The notes under the pieces: generated by a model
What the model saw: the letters and a program-made list of their open reading frames with translations, nothing else
Databases searched by the model: none
Told to the model about the DNA's origin: nothing
Shown here: positions 18,511-27,685 of the stretch, piece by piece
Numbering within the stretch: the first letter of the stretch is position 1
Layout: every line of letters begins with the position of its first letter
Source: Polyangiales bacterium
Lineage (GTDB): Bacteria > Myxococcota_A > Polyangia > Polyangiales > Polyangiaceae
Assembly: GCA_038231275.1 (NCBI GenBank)
Contig: JBBRLQ010000023.1
Span: 60,471 to 124,470, forward strand
DNA length: 64,000 nt
Direction: 5' to 3'
Program-made: the position numbers and the translations under genes

Positions 18511-19724
18511 TCCGCGCCATCCTCATGGCCTTCCGGGCCATCACGCGCAACCTGCTCCGCGCGGGGCTCACCGTCCTCGGCATCCTCATCGGCGTCGCGG
18601 CGGTCGTGATCGTGACCGCGCTCGGTTCCGGCGCGCGCGACAGCGTCGCCTCGCAGATCCAGTCGATCGGCTCCAACGTCGTCATCGTCTTCCCCGAGCG
18701 CGCGCAGGTGTCGGGCGCCCGCGGCGGGCAGGGCACTGGCAACCGTCTCACCGAGGATGATGGACGCGCGATCGTGCGTGAGGCGGTGAGCGTCGCGGCT
18801 GTGGCGCCTGCGCTCCGTGCGCGCGCACAGGTGGTGAACGCCGAAAAGAACGTCTCGACGAGCGTCGTCGGCTCGACCACCGCATTTTTCACCGTCCGAA
18901 ATTGGAAGGTCGTCCGCGGCGACAAATGGACCGAGGCCGACGAGACCCTGAAGACCAAGGTGTGCCTGGTCGGGTCCACCGTGAAGAAGAATCTCTTCGG
19001 CGATCAGGACCCGATCGGTCGCACGGTGCGCATCGGTCGGTATCCCTACCGCATCATCGGCGTGCTCGAGACGAAGGGCGAGGCCCCGTTCGGCGGCGAT
19101 CAGGACGACATGGTGCTGATGCCCATTGGCAGCATGCGCGCGCGCGTCATGAGGACGCCGCCAGGTTTCGCCGGCGTCCTCATGATGAGCGCGACGAGCG
19201 CCGAGACCACGGATCGCGCCGTGGCGCAGGTCGATTCGATTCTGCGCCAGCGCCACCGCATCGCGCAGGACACTCCCGCCGACTTCCGCATCCAGACTCA
19301 GAAGGAGTTCCAGGAAATGCAGTCGGTCATCTACAACCTGCTCACGGTGCTCCTCATCTTCATCGCGGGGATCAGCCTCGTGGTCGGCGGCATCGGCGTC
19401 ATGAACATCATGCTGGTGTCGGTCACTGAGCGCACGCGCGAGATCGGCATCCGCATGGCCATCGGCGCGCGCGAGGCGGACATCCGCACCCAGTTCCTCG
19501 TCGAGGCTGTCGTGCTCGCGGTGATGGGCGGCGTCATCGGCGCGGCGATCGGGATCGGGACGATCAGCGCGCTCGCCAAGCTCCTCGACTGGCCGATGGC
19601 GCTCTCGCCAGTGGCGCTCACCGTGTCGGTCATGACGAGCGCGCTCACCGGCATTGCCTTCGGGTTCTTTCCGGCGCGTCGCGCGTCACGGCTCGATCCG
19701 ATCGAAGCGCTTCGCCACGAATAA
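18507..19724 (+). CDS. MacB-family ABC permease 2 (paralog of permease 1)
   Basis: Same MacB_PCD/FtsX motifs; GTGA overlap. Confidence 0.93.
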   Translation: MIRAILMAFRAITRNLLRAGLTVLGILIGVAAVVIVTALGSGARDSVASQIQSIGSNVVIVFPERAQVSGARGGQGTGNRLTEDDGRAIVREAVSVAAVAPALRARAQVVNAEKNVSTSVVGSTTAFFTVRNWKVVRGDKWTEADETLKTKVCLVGSTVKKNLFGDQDPIGRTVRIGRYPYRIIGVLETKGEAPFGGDQDDMVLMPIGSMRARVMRTPPGFAGVLMMSATSAETTDRAVAQVDSILRQRHRIAQDTPADFRIQTQKEFQEMQSVIYNLLTVLLIFIAGISLVVGGIGVMNIMLVSVTERTREIGIRMAIGAREADIRTQFLVEAVVLAVMGGVIGAAIGIGTISALAKLLDWPMALSPVALTVSVMTSALTGIAFGFFPARRASRLDPIEALRHE

Positions 19725-19739
19725 GGTACGGTTTCGGGC

Positions 19740-21224
19740 ATGCGCTTCGAGGATCTGCCGGAGGTGAGCGGCGCCGAGCCGCTGCTCGGACACATGCGCG
19801 CGATGCGCGTCGATCGCATGGGATTCCTCCGGCGTCTCGCCGACGAGGTTGGTCGCATGTCGCGCCTCGACACGTTCGGCCGCCGCGCGGTGGTCGTGAA
19901 CCATCCCGAGGTGCTGCACGAGCTCCTCGTCGAGCGTGCGCGCGCCTTCGAGAAGACGGAGGTCATGCGCTTCGCCCTTTACCCGCTCGCGGGCGAGGGG
20001 CTCTTCACGAGCAACGGAGACCTATGGCGCCGTCAGCGCAAGCTCATGGCGCCCCTGTTCCACGCGGGCCAGATGGAGCGCTACGCCAGGGACATGGTGG
20101 CCTGCGCTGCGCGCGGTCTCGCGGAGTGGAAGGACGGGCAGACGCTGCAGCTCGCGAAGGAGACCACGCGGATCACGATGAACGTGGCCGGCAAGACGCT
20201 CTTCGACGCCGACACGTTCAGCGAGGCGGACGCCATCGGCGATGCGCTCACCGTGGCGCTCTCGTGGACCGCCGCGAATGCTCCGAGCGGGCTCGCGGTG
20301 ATGCACCTCATGGCACGCAGGGTCGCCCTCGGGGCGATGCGCCGCACGAAGGGAGCCTCCTCCGCGCGCCTCGCCGAGATCGCGCAGCGGCTGCAGTCAC
20401 CGGTCGTCTTCCCTGGCGCGGAGGGGCGTCGCCTTCGCGCGGCGATCGCGACACTCGACGCGCAGGTGCAGAAGATGATCGACGCGCGGCGCGGCGATCT
20501 CGAGCGGGACGATCTCCTCGCGCGGCTCCTTCGCGCGAAGGACGAGGACGGCGCGAAGATGAGCGACCGCCAGGTTCGGGACGAGATCCTCACGTTGTTC
20601 GTGGCGGGGCACGAGACGACCGCCACGGCGCTCGCGTGGGCGATCTACTGCCTCACCAAGAACCCCGAGATCTACTCCGCGGTCGAGCGCGAGATCGACG
20701 CGCTCCCCGGCGAGCCGTCGTTCGCCGACGTCGAGCGCCTGCCCCTCACGCTGCGCGTCTTCAAGGAGGCGCTGCGCCTCTACCCGGCGGTCCCGATGTT
20801 CGCGCGGCAAACGCACGCGCCCGCAACGCTCGACGGGTGCGCGCTGCCGAGCGGAACGGTCGCGATCGTGTGTCCGTGGGCGCTCCATCGCAGCCCCGAC
20901 CTCTGGCCCGATCCCGAGCGCTTCGATCCGGACCGCTTCACGCCGGAGGCGGAGGCCAAGCGCCCACGCTACTCGTGGCTTCCGTTCGGCGCGGGGCCGC
21001 GCACGTGCATCGGCATGGCGTTCGCGACGATCGAAGGGCAGCTCGTCCTCGCGTCGCTCCTCCGCCACGCCCGCTTCGAGGCCCTCGTTGACGAGGTGCC
21101 CGAGGTCAGCGCCACCTTGAGGCCGCGCTCGGGGATGCCGATGCGCGTTCGCCTCCGTCAGCGACAGAACTTGCGCCAGGCCTCCGGCAGCGGCGCGCCG
21201 AGCATCCGCTCCGCGCCGCCCTGA
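19740..21224 (+). CDS. cytochrome P450
   Basis: I-helix AGHETT, K-helix EALRLYP, PERFDPDRF and heme motif FGAGPRTCIG. Confidence 0.96.
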   Translation: MRFEDLPEVSGAEPLLGHMRAMRVDRMGFLRRLADEVGRMSRLDTFGRRAVVVNHPEVLHELLVERARAFEKTEVMRFALYPLAGEGLFTSNGDLWRRQRKLMAPLFHAGQMERYARDMVACAARGLAEWKDGQTLQLAKETTRITMNVAGKTLFDADTFSEADAIGDALTVALSWTAANAPSGLAVMHLMARRVALGAMRRTKGASSARLAEIAQRLQSPVVFPGAEGRRLRAAIATLDAQVQKMIDARRGDLERDDLLARLLRAKDEDGAKMSDRQVRDEILTLFVAGHETTATALAWAIYCLTKNPEIYSAVEREIDALPGEPSFADVERLPLTLRVFKEALRLYPAVPMFARQTHAPATLDGCALPSGTVAIVCPWALHRSPDLWPDPERFDPDRFTPEAEAKRPRYSWLPFGAGPRTCIGMAFATIEGQLVLASLLRHARFEALVDEVPEVSATLRPRSGMPMRVRLRQRQNLRQASGSGAPSIRSAPP

Positions 21225-21631
21225 TCCATCAGCACGAACGAGATCTCGCCGGTGCACACCGTCACGCCCTCTTGCGTGAGTGTCACGCCGGCGTGCACAA
21301 TCCGGCTCGTTTCTCGGGCGATCCGCCCGCGCCCCTCCACGGCGACGCCGATCCGGACGGGGCGCTTCAGCTTCACCTGCACCTGCGCGGTGAAGCCGAA
21401 TTTCTCGAGCAGACCGATCACCGCCCACGCGCCGATCTCGTCGACGAGCGTAGTCACGAGGCCGCCGTGCATGATGCCCGGCGGGCCTTGGTAGCGATCG
21501 CCCGGAACGAACGACGTCACCACCTCGTCGCCTTCGCGATCGAAGCGCAGACGAAATCCGATTGGGTGATCTTGGCTGCAGCCGAAGCACGGCTGGCCGA
21601 GGCCGAACGTCGACGGATCGAGCGCCGGCAC
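21158..21631 (-). CDS. PaaI-family hotdog thioesterase
   Basis: CFGC..NPIG-type N-terminus (CFGCSQDHPIG) and YQGPPGIMHGGLVTTLVDE. GTG start at 21631; the 3' end overlaps the P450 3' end. Confidence 0.88.
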   Translation of the reverse strand: MPALDPSTFGLGQPCFGCSQDHPIGFRLRFDREGDEVVTSFVPGDRYQGPPGIMHGGLVTTLVDEIGAWAVIGLLEKFGFTAQVQVKLKRPVRIGVAVEGRGRIARETSRIVHAGVTLTQEGVTVCTGEISFVLMDQGGAERMLGAPLPEAWRKFCR

Positions 21632-21642
21632 CTCGGGCTCGC

Positions 21643-22293
21643 CTAGTCGCTCCAGATCTGGACGGCGTAGGTTCCCTTGCCCTCGCCGACGCTGACGACG
21701 ATGACCGCGTTGTCGGCTTCCTTGAAGCAGAACGCGCCGTCCTCGAGGAGGACCGGGCTCGGATCGTCGGTGCTGTCCTCCGCGCCGATTTCGCCGGCCG
21801 AGTCCTTGAGGAGGAGATCGAGATCTTTGATGCCGGTGTCGGCGATCGCATACGCGCGGTAGCACTTGCCTGCGGCGGCCTTGAGCTTGATCTGCTGCGG
21901 CGGGTTCTTGTCCGCTTGAGTGGCCTTCGTGGGCGGGCCGACCGGCTTCATCTTCGTCGTGTCCGCGCAGCCCTTGCCGGCCTTCTGGACCTCGGCGAGC
22001 ACATCCTTGGATTTGACCTGGAAGCCCGAGTGGCAGAGGGCCCACGCGGGATCCTGCTTCTGCGTGATCTTCTTCGAAGTGTACTTCGGCGGCGGTGGAG
22101 TGGCCGGAGGCTCGGGCGTCGCGGGACCTGCATCTGCCGCGGCGGACATGTCGGGCGCTCCCGCGTCGAGGCCAGGAACGTCCGGCGGCGCAGGCGGGGG
22201 CGGCACGTCGGGCATCGGCGGCTTCTTCGAACCGCACGCGACGAGGAACAGGCAAGCGAGTCCGGCTGTGAGGAGCGGAGAGCGACGCGTCAT
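21643..22293 (-). CDS. hypothetical lipoprotein (Pro-rich linker, PPC-like beta-sandwich with Cys)
   Basis: Lipobox LVAC; GKCYRAYA...IKDLDLLL..GTYAVQIW pattern. Confidence 0.8.
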   Translation of the reverse strand: MTRRSPLLTAGLACLFLVACGSKKPPMPDVPPPPAPPDVPGLDAGAPDMSAAADAGPATPEPPATPPPPKYTSKKITQKQDPAWALCHSGFQVKSKDVLAEVQKAGKGCADTTKMKPVGPPTKATQADKNPPQQIKLKAAAGKCYRAYAIADTGIKDLDLLLKDSAGEIGAEDSTDDPSPVLLEDGAFCFKEADNAVIVVSVGEGKGTYAVQIWSD

Positions 22294-22668
22294 GCGCGGG
22301 AGATTAAGGTGGGCTTCCTAGCGGTTGCAAGAACAAGCGCCCGCGCGCCCCACCAAAGCATCCCCGGTAGCTGGATGACCAGGGCTCAGCCATGCCTCGC
22401 TGGAATCCAGTGAGGCGGGGCGAAATCGACCCGATGCGTGCAGAAAGTTGGTTGACGAATGACCCTGGATCTTACACACCAGGTCGCGCCGTTGATGACA
22501 CGGCCATACACGTTCCCACCCTGGTTCCGGGACACCTGCAGCATCGTCCGCCGGGGGCTTTGGTCGCGTTCGCTCTAGATCTGTCCGCCGCAGCGGGCAC
22601 TCCATTTCTGCTCAGTTTTTGCCAAAATTCGCCCTCAATTCAAAAGTTTGTAGGGGAGGTCCCTGATT

Positions 22669-24663
22669 ATGTTCAATCGCCGCGTGTCGCTTCTGCCGCT
22701 CGTTCTCCTTTCCAGCCTCTCGTTCGTCGCGTGCTCCTCGAAGGGCCACAGCGACAACACCGATTCCTCGGAAGACGATCTCTCGACGTGGGCCCCTGCG
22801 ACGCAAGGCCGTCCGGCTTGGGCGACGGCGGCCCGTGAGCGTGAGCACCTCGGCGACAACGAGGTCCTCAGCGTGCAAGTGCACCTGAAGCTCCGTAACG
22901 AGGCGGCGGCGGAGGCGGAGATCGCGGCGATCAGCGATCCGGACAGCGCGACGTTCGGCCAGTACCTCACCAATGAGCAGTTCGCGGCGAAGTACGCGCC
23001 GACCGCGGAGGACGTTGCGACGGTCACCAAGCACCTCGAGCACCACGGCCTGACCGTCAATTTCGTCCCCGGCAACAACCTCTTCGTCTCGGCCAGCGGC
23101 ACGCACGCGCAGGTCTCGAAGGCGTTTGCGACGAAGCTCGCGAACTACGACGTCGACGGTGACATCCGGCACGCGCCGGTCGGCAACGCGCGCGTTCCCC
23201 GCGCGGTCGCCGCGAAGATCTCCGGCACGCTCGGCCTCGCGAAGTCGGCGGCGTACAAGCCGCGTGGCGTCTCCCGCGGCGGCATCAAGCGCGCGGACAT
23301 CCCCAAGCTCCTCAGCAAGAACCCGGCGGCGTCGAGCAGCAGCGTCCTCCCGAGCTGCGCCGAGTGGTGGGGTGCGGCGGTCGACACGACCGATCCGCAG
23401 TTCGGCAGCTACCCGGCGGCGCTCCCCGTGATCCCCTGCGGTTACGGCCCCGCGCAGCTCCGCGCAGCCTACGGCTTCAGCAACGCGGTTCGCAGCGGCA
23501 ACGACGGCAAGGGCGTGAAGGTCGCCATCGTCGACGCCTATCTCTCGCCGACGCTCCTCGCGGACGCGCAGACCTACGCCGCGCAGCACGATCCGGATTA
23601 CCCGCTTCTCGACTCGCAGTTCAGCGCGCAGATGGCGCCGGGCACGCCGCAGCCGCCGGACCCGGGTTGGTACGGCGAGCAGAGCCTCGACGTCGAGGCC
23701 GTTCACGCGATGGCGCCGGGTGCGACCATCGTCTACGTCGGCGCGCAGAGCCCGACGGACATGGACCTCGTCGCCGCGATCAACCTGATCGCCGACGGGA
23801 ACCTCGCCTCGATCATCTCGAACTCGTACGGCTCGCCCGAGGGACAGGGCAACGACTTCGTGGTGTGGAACGCGGCGGTCAAGCACGCGGCGCTCAAGGG
23901 CGTCGGCATCTACTTCGCCTCGGGCGACAGTGGAGACGAGTCGGGTCGCCTCGGCTTCGTGTCGGCGGACTTCCCGGCGTCGCTCCCCGGCGTCACGGCG
24001 GTCGGCGGCACGTCGCTCGCTCTCGGGCAGCGCGGCGAGCGCGTGTTCGAGGCCGGGTGGGAGACCACCGCGAGCTTCCTGACCTTCCCCGCGCCGGCTC
24101 CGGCGGGTGACGGCGGCGCCGATGCAGGCCCGCCCGCCCCGCCGTTCTGGGATCCGCCCGCGCCCGGCTTCTTCGCCTTCGGCGGCGGCGGCGGCACGAG
24201 CTTCGTGTACGACCAGCCGGCGTACCAGAAGGGTGTCGTTCCCGACGCCCTCGCCAACATCCCGGGCGCACCTGCCCGCGTCGTCCCCGACGTCGGCATG
24301 CTCGGCGACCCGCTCACCGGCTTCATCATCGGCATGACGTCGAACGGCACCTACGGTGAGGGCCCCACCGGCGGCACCAGCCTCGCGTGCCCGCTCTTCG
24401 CCGCCACGATGGCGCTCGCGGAGCAGCACTCGCACAAGAAGCTCGGGTTCGCGAACCCGCGCCTCTACAAGGCCCGCGCCAAGGCGTTCCGTGACATCGT
24501 CCCGAACGCGACGCCCCAGGCCCTCATTCTGCCCTCGTCGCAGGGCAACATCGTCGCGACGATCGACTTCGCCGGCCAGGCGATCCAGACCGCGGTCGGC
24601 TACGACAACGTTACCGGTCTTGGCGCGCCGGACGGCGAGAACTTCCTCAAGGCCATCAAGTAA
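22669..24663 (+). CDS. S53 (sedolisin/kumamolisin) serine peptidase lipoprotein with propeptide
   Basis: Lipobox FVAC, pro-domain FGQYLT.EQF, catalytic EQSLD, ASGDSG, GGTSLACP and Ca-site GYDNVTGLG. Confidence 0.95.
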   Translation: MFNRRVSLLPLVLLSSLSFVACSSKGHSDNTDSSEDDLSTWAPATQGRPAWATAAREREHLGDNEVLSVQVHLKLRNEAAAEAEIAAISDPDSATFGQYLTNEQFAAKYAPTAEDVATVTKHLEHHGLTVNFVPGNNLFVSASGTHAQVSKAFATKLANYDVDGDIRHAPVGNARVPRAVAAKISGTLGLAKSAAYKPRGVSRGGIKRADIPKLLSKNPAASSSSVLPSCAEWWGAAVDTTDPQFGSYPAALPVIPCGYGPAQLRAAYGFSNAVRSGNDGKGVKVAIVDAYLSPTLLADAQTYAAQHDPDYPLLDSQFSAQMAPGTPQPPDPGWYGEQSLDVEAVHAMAPGATIVYVGAQSPTDMDLVAAINLIADGNLASIISNSYGSPEGQGNDFVVWNAAVKHAALKGVGIYFASGDSGDESGRLGFVSADFPASLPGVTAVGGTSLALGQRGERVFEAGWETTASFLTFPAPAPAGDGGADAGPPAPPFWDPPAPGFFAFGGGGGTSFVYDQPAYQKGVVPDALANIPGAPARVVPDVGMLGDPLTGFIIGMTSNGTYGEGPTGGTSLACPLFAATMALAEQHSHKKLGFANPRLYKARAKAFRDIVPNATPQALILPSSQGNIVATIDFAGQAIQTAVGYDNVTGLGAPDGENFLKAIK

Positions 24664-24684
24664 CCTTCTCGGAAGACAGGACGA

Positions 24685-24723
24685 ACGGATCGGCGCCGCG
24701 AGGCTCCGGTCCGTTTTTCTTTT
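24685..24723 (+). terminator. rho-independent terminator after the S53 gene
   Basis: ACGGATCGGCGCC-GCGA-GGCTCCGGTCCGT stem followed by TTTTCTTTT. Confidence 0.8.
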
Positions 24724-24775
24724 GTCCCGCCCGTCGCCGCGTTTCATGCGGGATCGGCGTGCTATCCGTTGAGGG

Positions 24776-25777
24776 ATGCGCGTTCGGCAGGTCGATCCGG
24801 AGCGGCCCGATCCCGGCGCGCTCGCCGACGCGGTCGCCGTGCTGCGCGCAGGCGGGCTCGTCGCGTTTCCGACCGAGACGGTGTACGGCCTCGGCGCCCG
24901 CGCGCTCGATCCTGCGGCGGTCGCCAAGGTGTTTGCGGCGAAGGGGCGCCCTTCGGGGCATCCGCTCATCGCGCACGTCGAGGGAGAAGAAGGAGCGCGC
25001 GCGATCGCACGGGAGTGGAGCGAGCGGGCGTCGCGCCTCGCACGCGCGTTCTGGCCCGGGCCGCTCACGCTCGTCGTTCCGCGCGGCTCGAAGGTTCCCG
25101 CCGCGGTGACGGGCGGAGGAGACTCAGTGGCGGTTCGCGCGCCCGCGCACGCCGTCGCGCTCGCGCTCCTCCGCGCCCTTGGTGAGCCGCTCGCCGCGCC
25201 GAGCGCAAATCGGTACCAGACGCTCTCACCGACCACCGCCGCGCACGTCGTCAAATCGCTCGGCGACGCGGTGGATCTCGTCCTCGACGGCGGCCCGTGC
25301 GCGGCGGGCATCGAGTCGACGGTCCTCGATCTGTGCGCGGATCCGCCGCGCGTCCTCCGCCCCGGCGCGTTCGATCTCGCGCGCCTCCGCGTCGTCGTGC
25401 CCGAGGTCGTCTACGACGCCGGCGTCGTCGCGGGAGAGGGAACGCACGCATCACCCGGGATGGACGCTCGACACTATGCGCCGCGCGCGCGCGTGGTCCT
25501 CGTTGCGGGTCGAGCGGCCGCTGGCGCGCGCGCCGAGCAAGAGGCCACGTCGACCGCCGGCGCGGTGGGCCTCGTCCTGTGCGGGGCGCCGCTCGAACCC
25601 GCGCGCGGAGTGATCGCGCGATCGCTCCCAGACGATCCGGAACGGTACGGTCGCGACCTCTTCGCGACGCTCCACGCGCTCGACGACGCCGGCTGCGTCA
25701 TCGTCGTGATCGAGGACGTCCCCGAGGACCTGCGATGGTGGGCGATCGCCGATCGCCTCCGCCGGGCGGGGGCCTGA
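24776..25777 (+). CDS. tsaC: L-threonylcarbamoyladenylate synthase (Sua5, YrdC + SUA5 domains)
   Basis: VAFPTETVYGLG, KGRP..HPLIAH, FWPGPLTLV, AAPSAN, GIESTVLD, SPGM..RHYAP and AIADRL.RA. Confidence 0.95.
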   Translation: MRVRQVDPERPDPGALADAVAVLRAGGLVAFPTETVYGLGARALDPAAVAKVFAAKGRPSGHPLIAHVEGEEGARAIAREWSERASRLARAFWPGPLTLVVPRGSKVPAAVTGGGDSVAVRAPAHAVALALLRALGEPLAAPSANRYQTLSPTTAAHVVKSLGDAVDLVLDGGPCAAGIESTVLDLCADPPRVLRPGAFDLARLRVVVPEVVYDAGVVAGEGTHASPGMDARHYAPRARVVLVAGRAAAGARAEQEATSTAGAVGLVLCGAPLEPARGVIARSLPDDPERYGRDLFATLHALDDAGCVIVVIEDVPEDLRWWAIADRLRRAGA

Positions 25778-25897
25778 AACGCCCGTCGTTCGCGTTCGCA
25801 ACCAAATCAGCCCCAACGGAATCGCGCGCTGGCGGACGAAACTTGCGTCGCAACCTCTCGGAATCGGGAAAGATTCGTCTTTCTCGGCACGGACGGC

Positions 25898-25928
25898 TTG
25901 TCGGCGAATTGCTTTACGTCTAGATAAT
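25898..25928 (+). promoter_or_regulatory. candidate sigma70 promoter for the SDR-RidA-MarR operon (possibly leaderless; possible MarR operator overlap)
   Basis: TTGTCG-N17-TAGATA(AT), 6 nt before ATG 25935, no SD. The AT-rich imperfect palindrome TTTACGTCTAGA overlaps the -10. Confidence 0.45.
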
Positions 25929-25934
25929 CGCGCC

Positions 25935-26702
25935 ATGATGAATCCCGCCGCCGGCAGGAGCGCCGTCGTGACCGGCGGCGGCAAGGGGCTCGGCGCGGCG
26001 ATCGCGCGGCGCCTCGCCGGGACCGGCGCGAAGGTCGCCGTCCTCGGGCGCGATCGCGACGCGCTCGCGCGGGTGGCGAAGGAGATCGGCGGGCTCGCGG
26101 TGCCGTGCGATGTCACCGACGGCGCGGCCCTCGCGGCGGCGCTCGCTGAGGTGCGCGAGGCGCAAGGCCCGATCGCGATTTGCGTGCATAATGCAGGTAT
26201 CGCGGAGAGCGCGCCCCTCGCGAAGACCACCGACGAGGTATGGGAGCGGACGATGGCCGTGAACGCCACGGCCGCCTTCCGCGTCGCGAGGCTCGTCGTG
26301 CCGGACATGGTGAAGGCCCGCTGGGGACGCATCGTGAACGTGGCCTCCAACGCCGGGCTGACCGGCTACGCGTACACCAGCGCGTACTGCGCCTCGAAGC
26401 ACGCGGTGGTCGGCCTCACGCGCGCGCTCGCCCTCGAGCTCGCGAAGACCGGCGTGACCGTCAACGCCGTATGCCCCGGCTTCTGCGACACCGAGATGAG
26501 CGATCGCGCCGCGAACGTCATCGCCGCCAAGACCCACCGCAGCGAGGCCGACGCCAAGAAGGTCCTCGCCGACATGTCCCCTCAAGGCCGCCTCGTCACG
26601 CCCGACGAGGTCGCCCACGCCGTTCTGATGCTCACGGGCGACCTCGCTTCATCGATCAACGGACAAGCCATCCCCATCGACGGGGGCCAGGTGACGAAAT
26701 GA
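25935..26702 (+). CDS. short-chain dehydrogenase/reductase (3-hydroxyacyl-CoA dehydrogenase-like)
   Basis: TGGGKGLG, HNAG, YCASK and VNAVCPG. Confidence 0.93.
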   Translation: MMNPAAGRSAVVTGGGKGLGAAIARRLAGTGAKVAVLGRDRDALARVAKEIGGLAVPCDVTDGAALAAALAEVREAQGPIAICVHNAGIAESAPLAKTTDEVWERTMAVNATAAFRVARLVVPDMVKARWGRIVNVASNAGLTGYAYTSAYCASKHAVVGLTRALALELAKTGVTVNAVCPGFCDTEMSDRAANVIAAKTHRSEADAKKVLADMSPQGRLVTPDEVAHAVLMLTGDLASSINGQAIPIDGGQVTK

Positions 26703-27100
26703 CCAACGTGGTGACCCCCTCGCACTTCCCCAAGCCGCGCGGCTACGCGAACGGCATCATCTCCAGCGGCCGGACGCTGCACATCTCCGGGCAGATCGCG
26801 TGGGACAAAGACGCGCGGATCGTGACGAGCGATTTCGCGACCCAGTTTCTCACGGCGCTTGACAACGTCATCGCGGTGGTGCGCGAGGCGGGCGGCGGGA
26901 CGGAGCACATCGTGAAGCTGCTCGCCTTCGTGACCGACCTCGAGGCGTACCGCGCCGCGCAGCGCGCGATCGGAGAGGGCTGGCGCGGGCGCATGGGCAA
27001 GCACTACCCGGCGATGAGCCTCGTGAAGGTGGCGGGCCTGCTCGAGCCGGGCGCGCTCGTCGAGATCGAGGGGGTCGCCATGCTCCCTGATCAAAAGTGA
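26699..27100 (+). CDS. RidA/YjgF-family enamine/imine deaminase
   Basis: PKPRGYANG, ISGQIAWD, GKHYPAMSLVKV and LVEIEG; ATGA overlap. Confidence 0.92.
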   Translation: MTNVVTPSHFPKPRGYANGIISSGRTLHISGQIAWDKDARIVTSDFATQFLTALDNVIAVVREAGGGTEHIVKLLAFVTDLEAYRAAQRAIGEGWRGRMGKHYPAMSLVKVAGLLEPGALVEIEGVAMLPDQK

Positions 27101-27118
27101 AGTGAGGAGCGCACCATC

Positions 27119-27685
27119 ATGACCACCAGCTCGAGCCACCTGTCCGCGGCCACGACCGGCGCGAAGGCGCAGCAGCCTGAGTCCGGCGTCGTGAAGACCA
27201 CGGCGAACGCCGAGTCGCTCCCGCGCGCCAACGTGAGCCTCTGGGTGCGCCTCCTCGAGAGCCACAACCTGGTGCTCGGAGAGGTGCGGCGGAAGCTCGC
27301 CGACGCGACGACGATGCCGCGCTTCGATCTCCTCGCGAACCTCGAGCGGGAGGACGGGCAGACGCTCGCGGCGCTGAGCCGTCGCATGCTGGTGACCGCC
27401 GGCAATCTCACCGGACTCGTCGATCGCGCCGAGCGTGACGGGGTCGTCGAGCGCCGCGCCGATCCGCGCGACCGCCGCCTCTCGCGCGTGTACCTGACGC
27501 CGAAGGGGCGCGAGCTCATCGTAGGGCTCTTGCCCAAGCACGCCGAGGAGATCGGCGCGCTGTTCGAGGAGCTCGATCCCGCGGACAAGCGTGAGCTGCG
27601 GCGCCTCCTCGGCAAGCTGCGCGACTCGCTCGCGAACAAGCTCATCGGCGGTCCCACCAGCCCGGCAGGCAAGGAGACGCCGTGA
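27119..27685 (+). CDS. MarR-family transcriptional regulator
   Basis: LWVRLL, TMPRFDLLANL, LSRRMLVTAGNLTGLVDR and DPRDRR. Confidence 0.93.
   Translation: MTTSSSHLSAATTGAKAQQPESGVVKTTANAESLPRANVSLWVRLLESHNLVLGEVRRKLADATTMPRFDLLANLEREDGQTLAALSRRMLVTAGNLTGLVDRAERDGVVERRADPRDRRLSRVYLTPKGRELIVGLLPKHAEEIGALFEELDPADKRELRRLLGKLRDSLANKLIGGPTSPAGKETP

Noticed and set aside
19740..21631. P450 + thioesterase + ABC exporter as a secondary-metabolite gene cluster
   Set aside because: No PKS, NRPS, terpene or RiPP core gene is in the window, and the thioesterase is on the opposite strand in a separate unit.
22358..22440. TCCCCGGTAGCT resembles a tRNA 5' end
   Set aside because: No T-loop (GTTCRA), no matching acceptor stem and no cloverleaf could be built.
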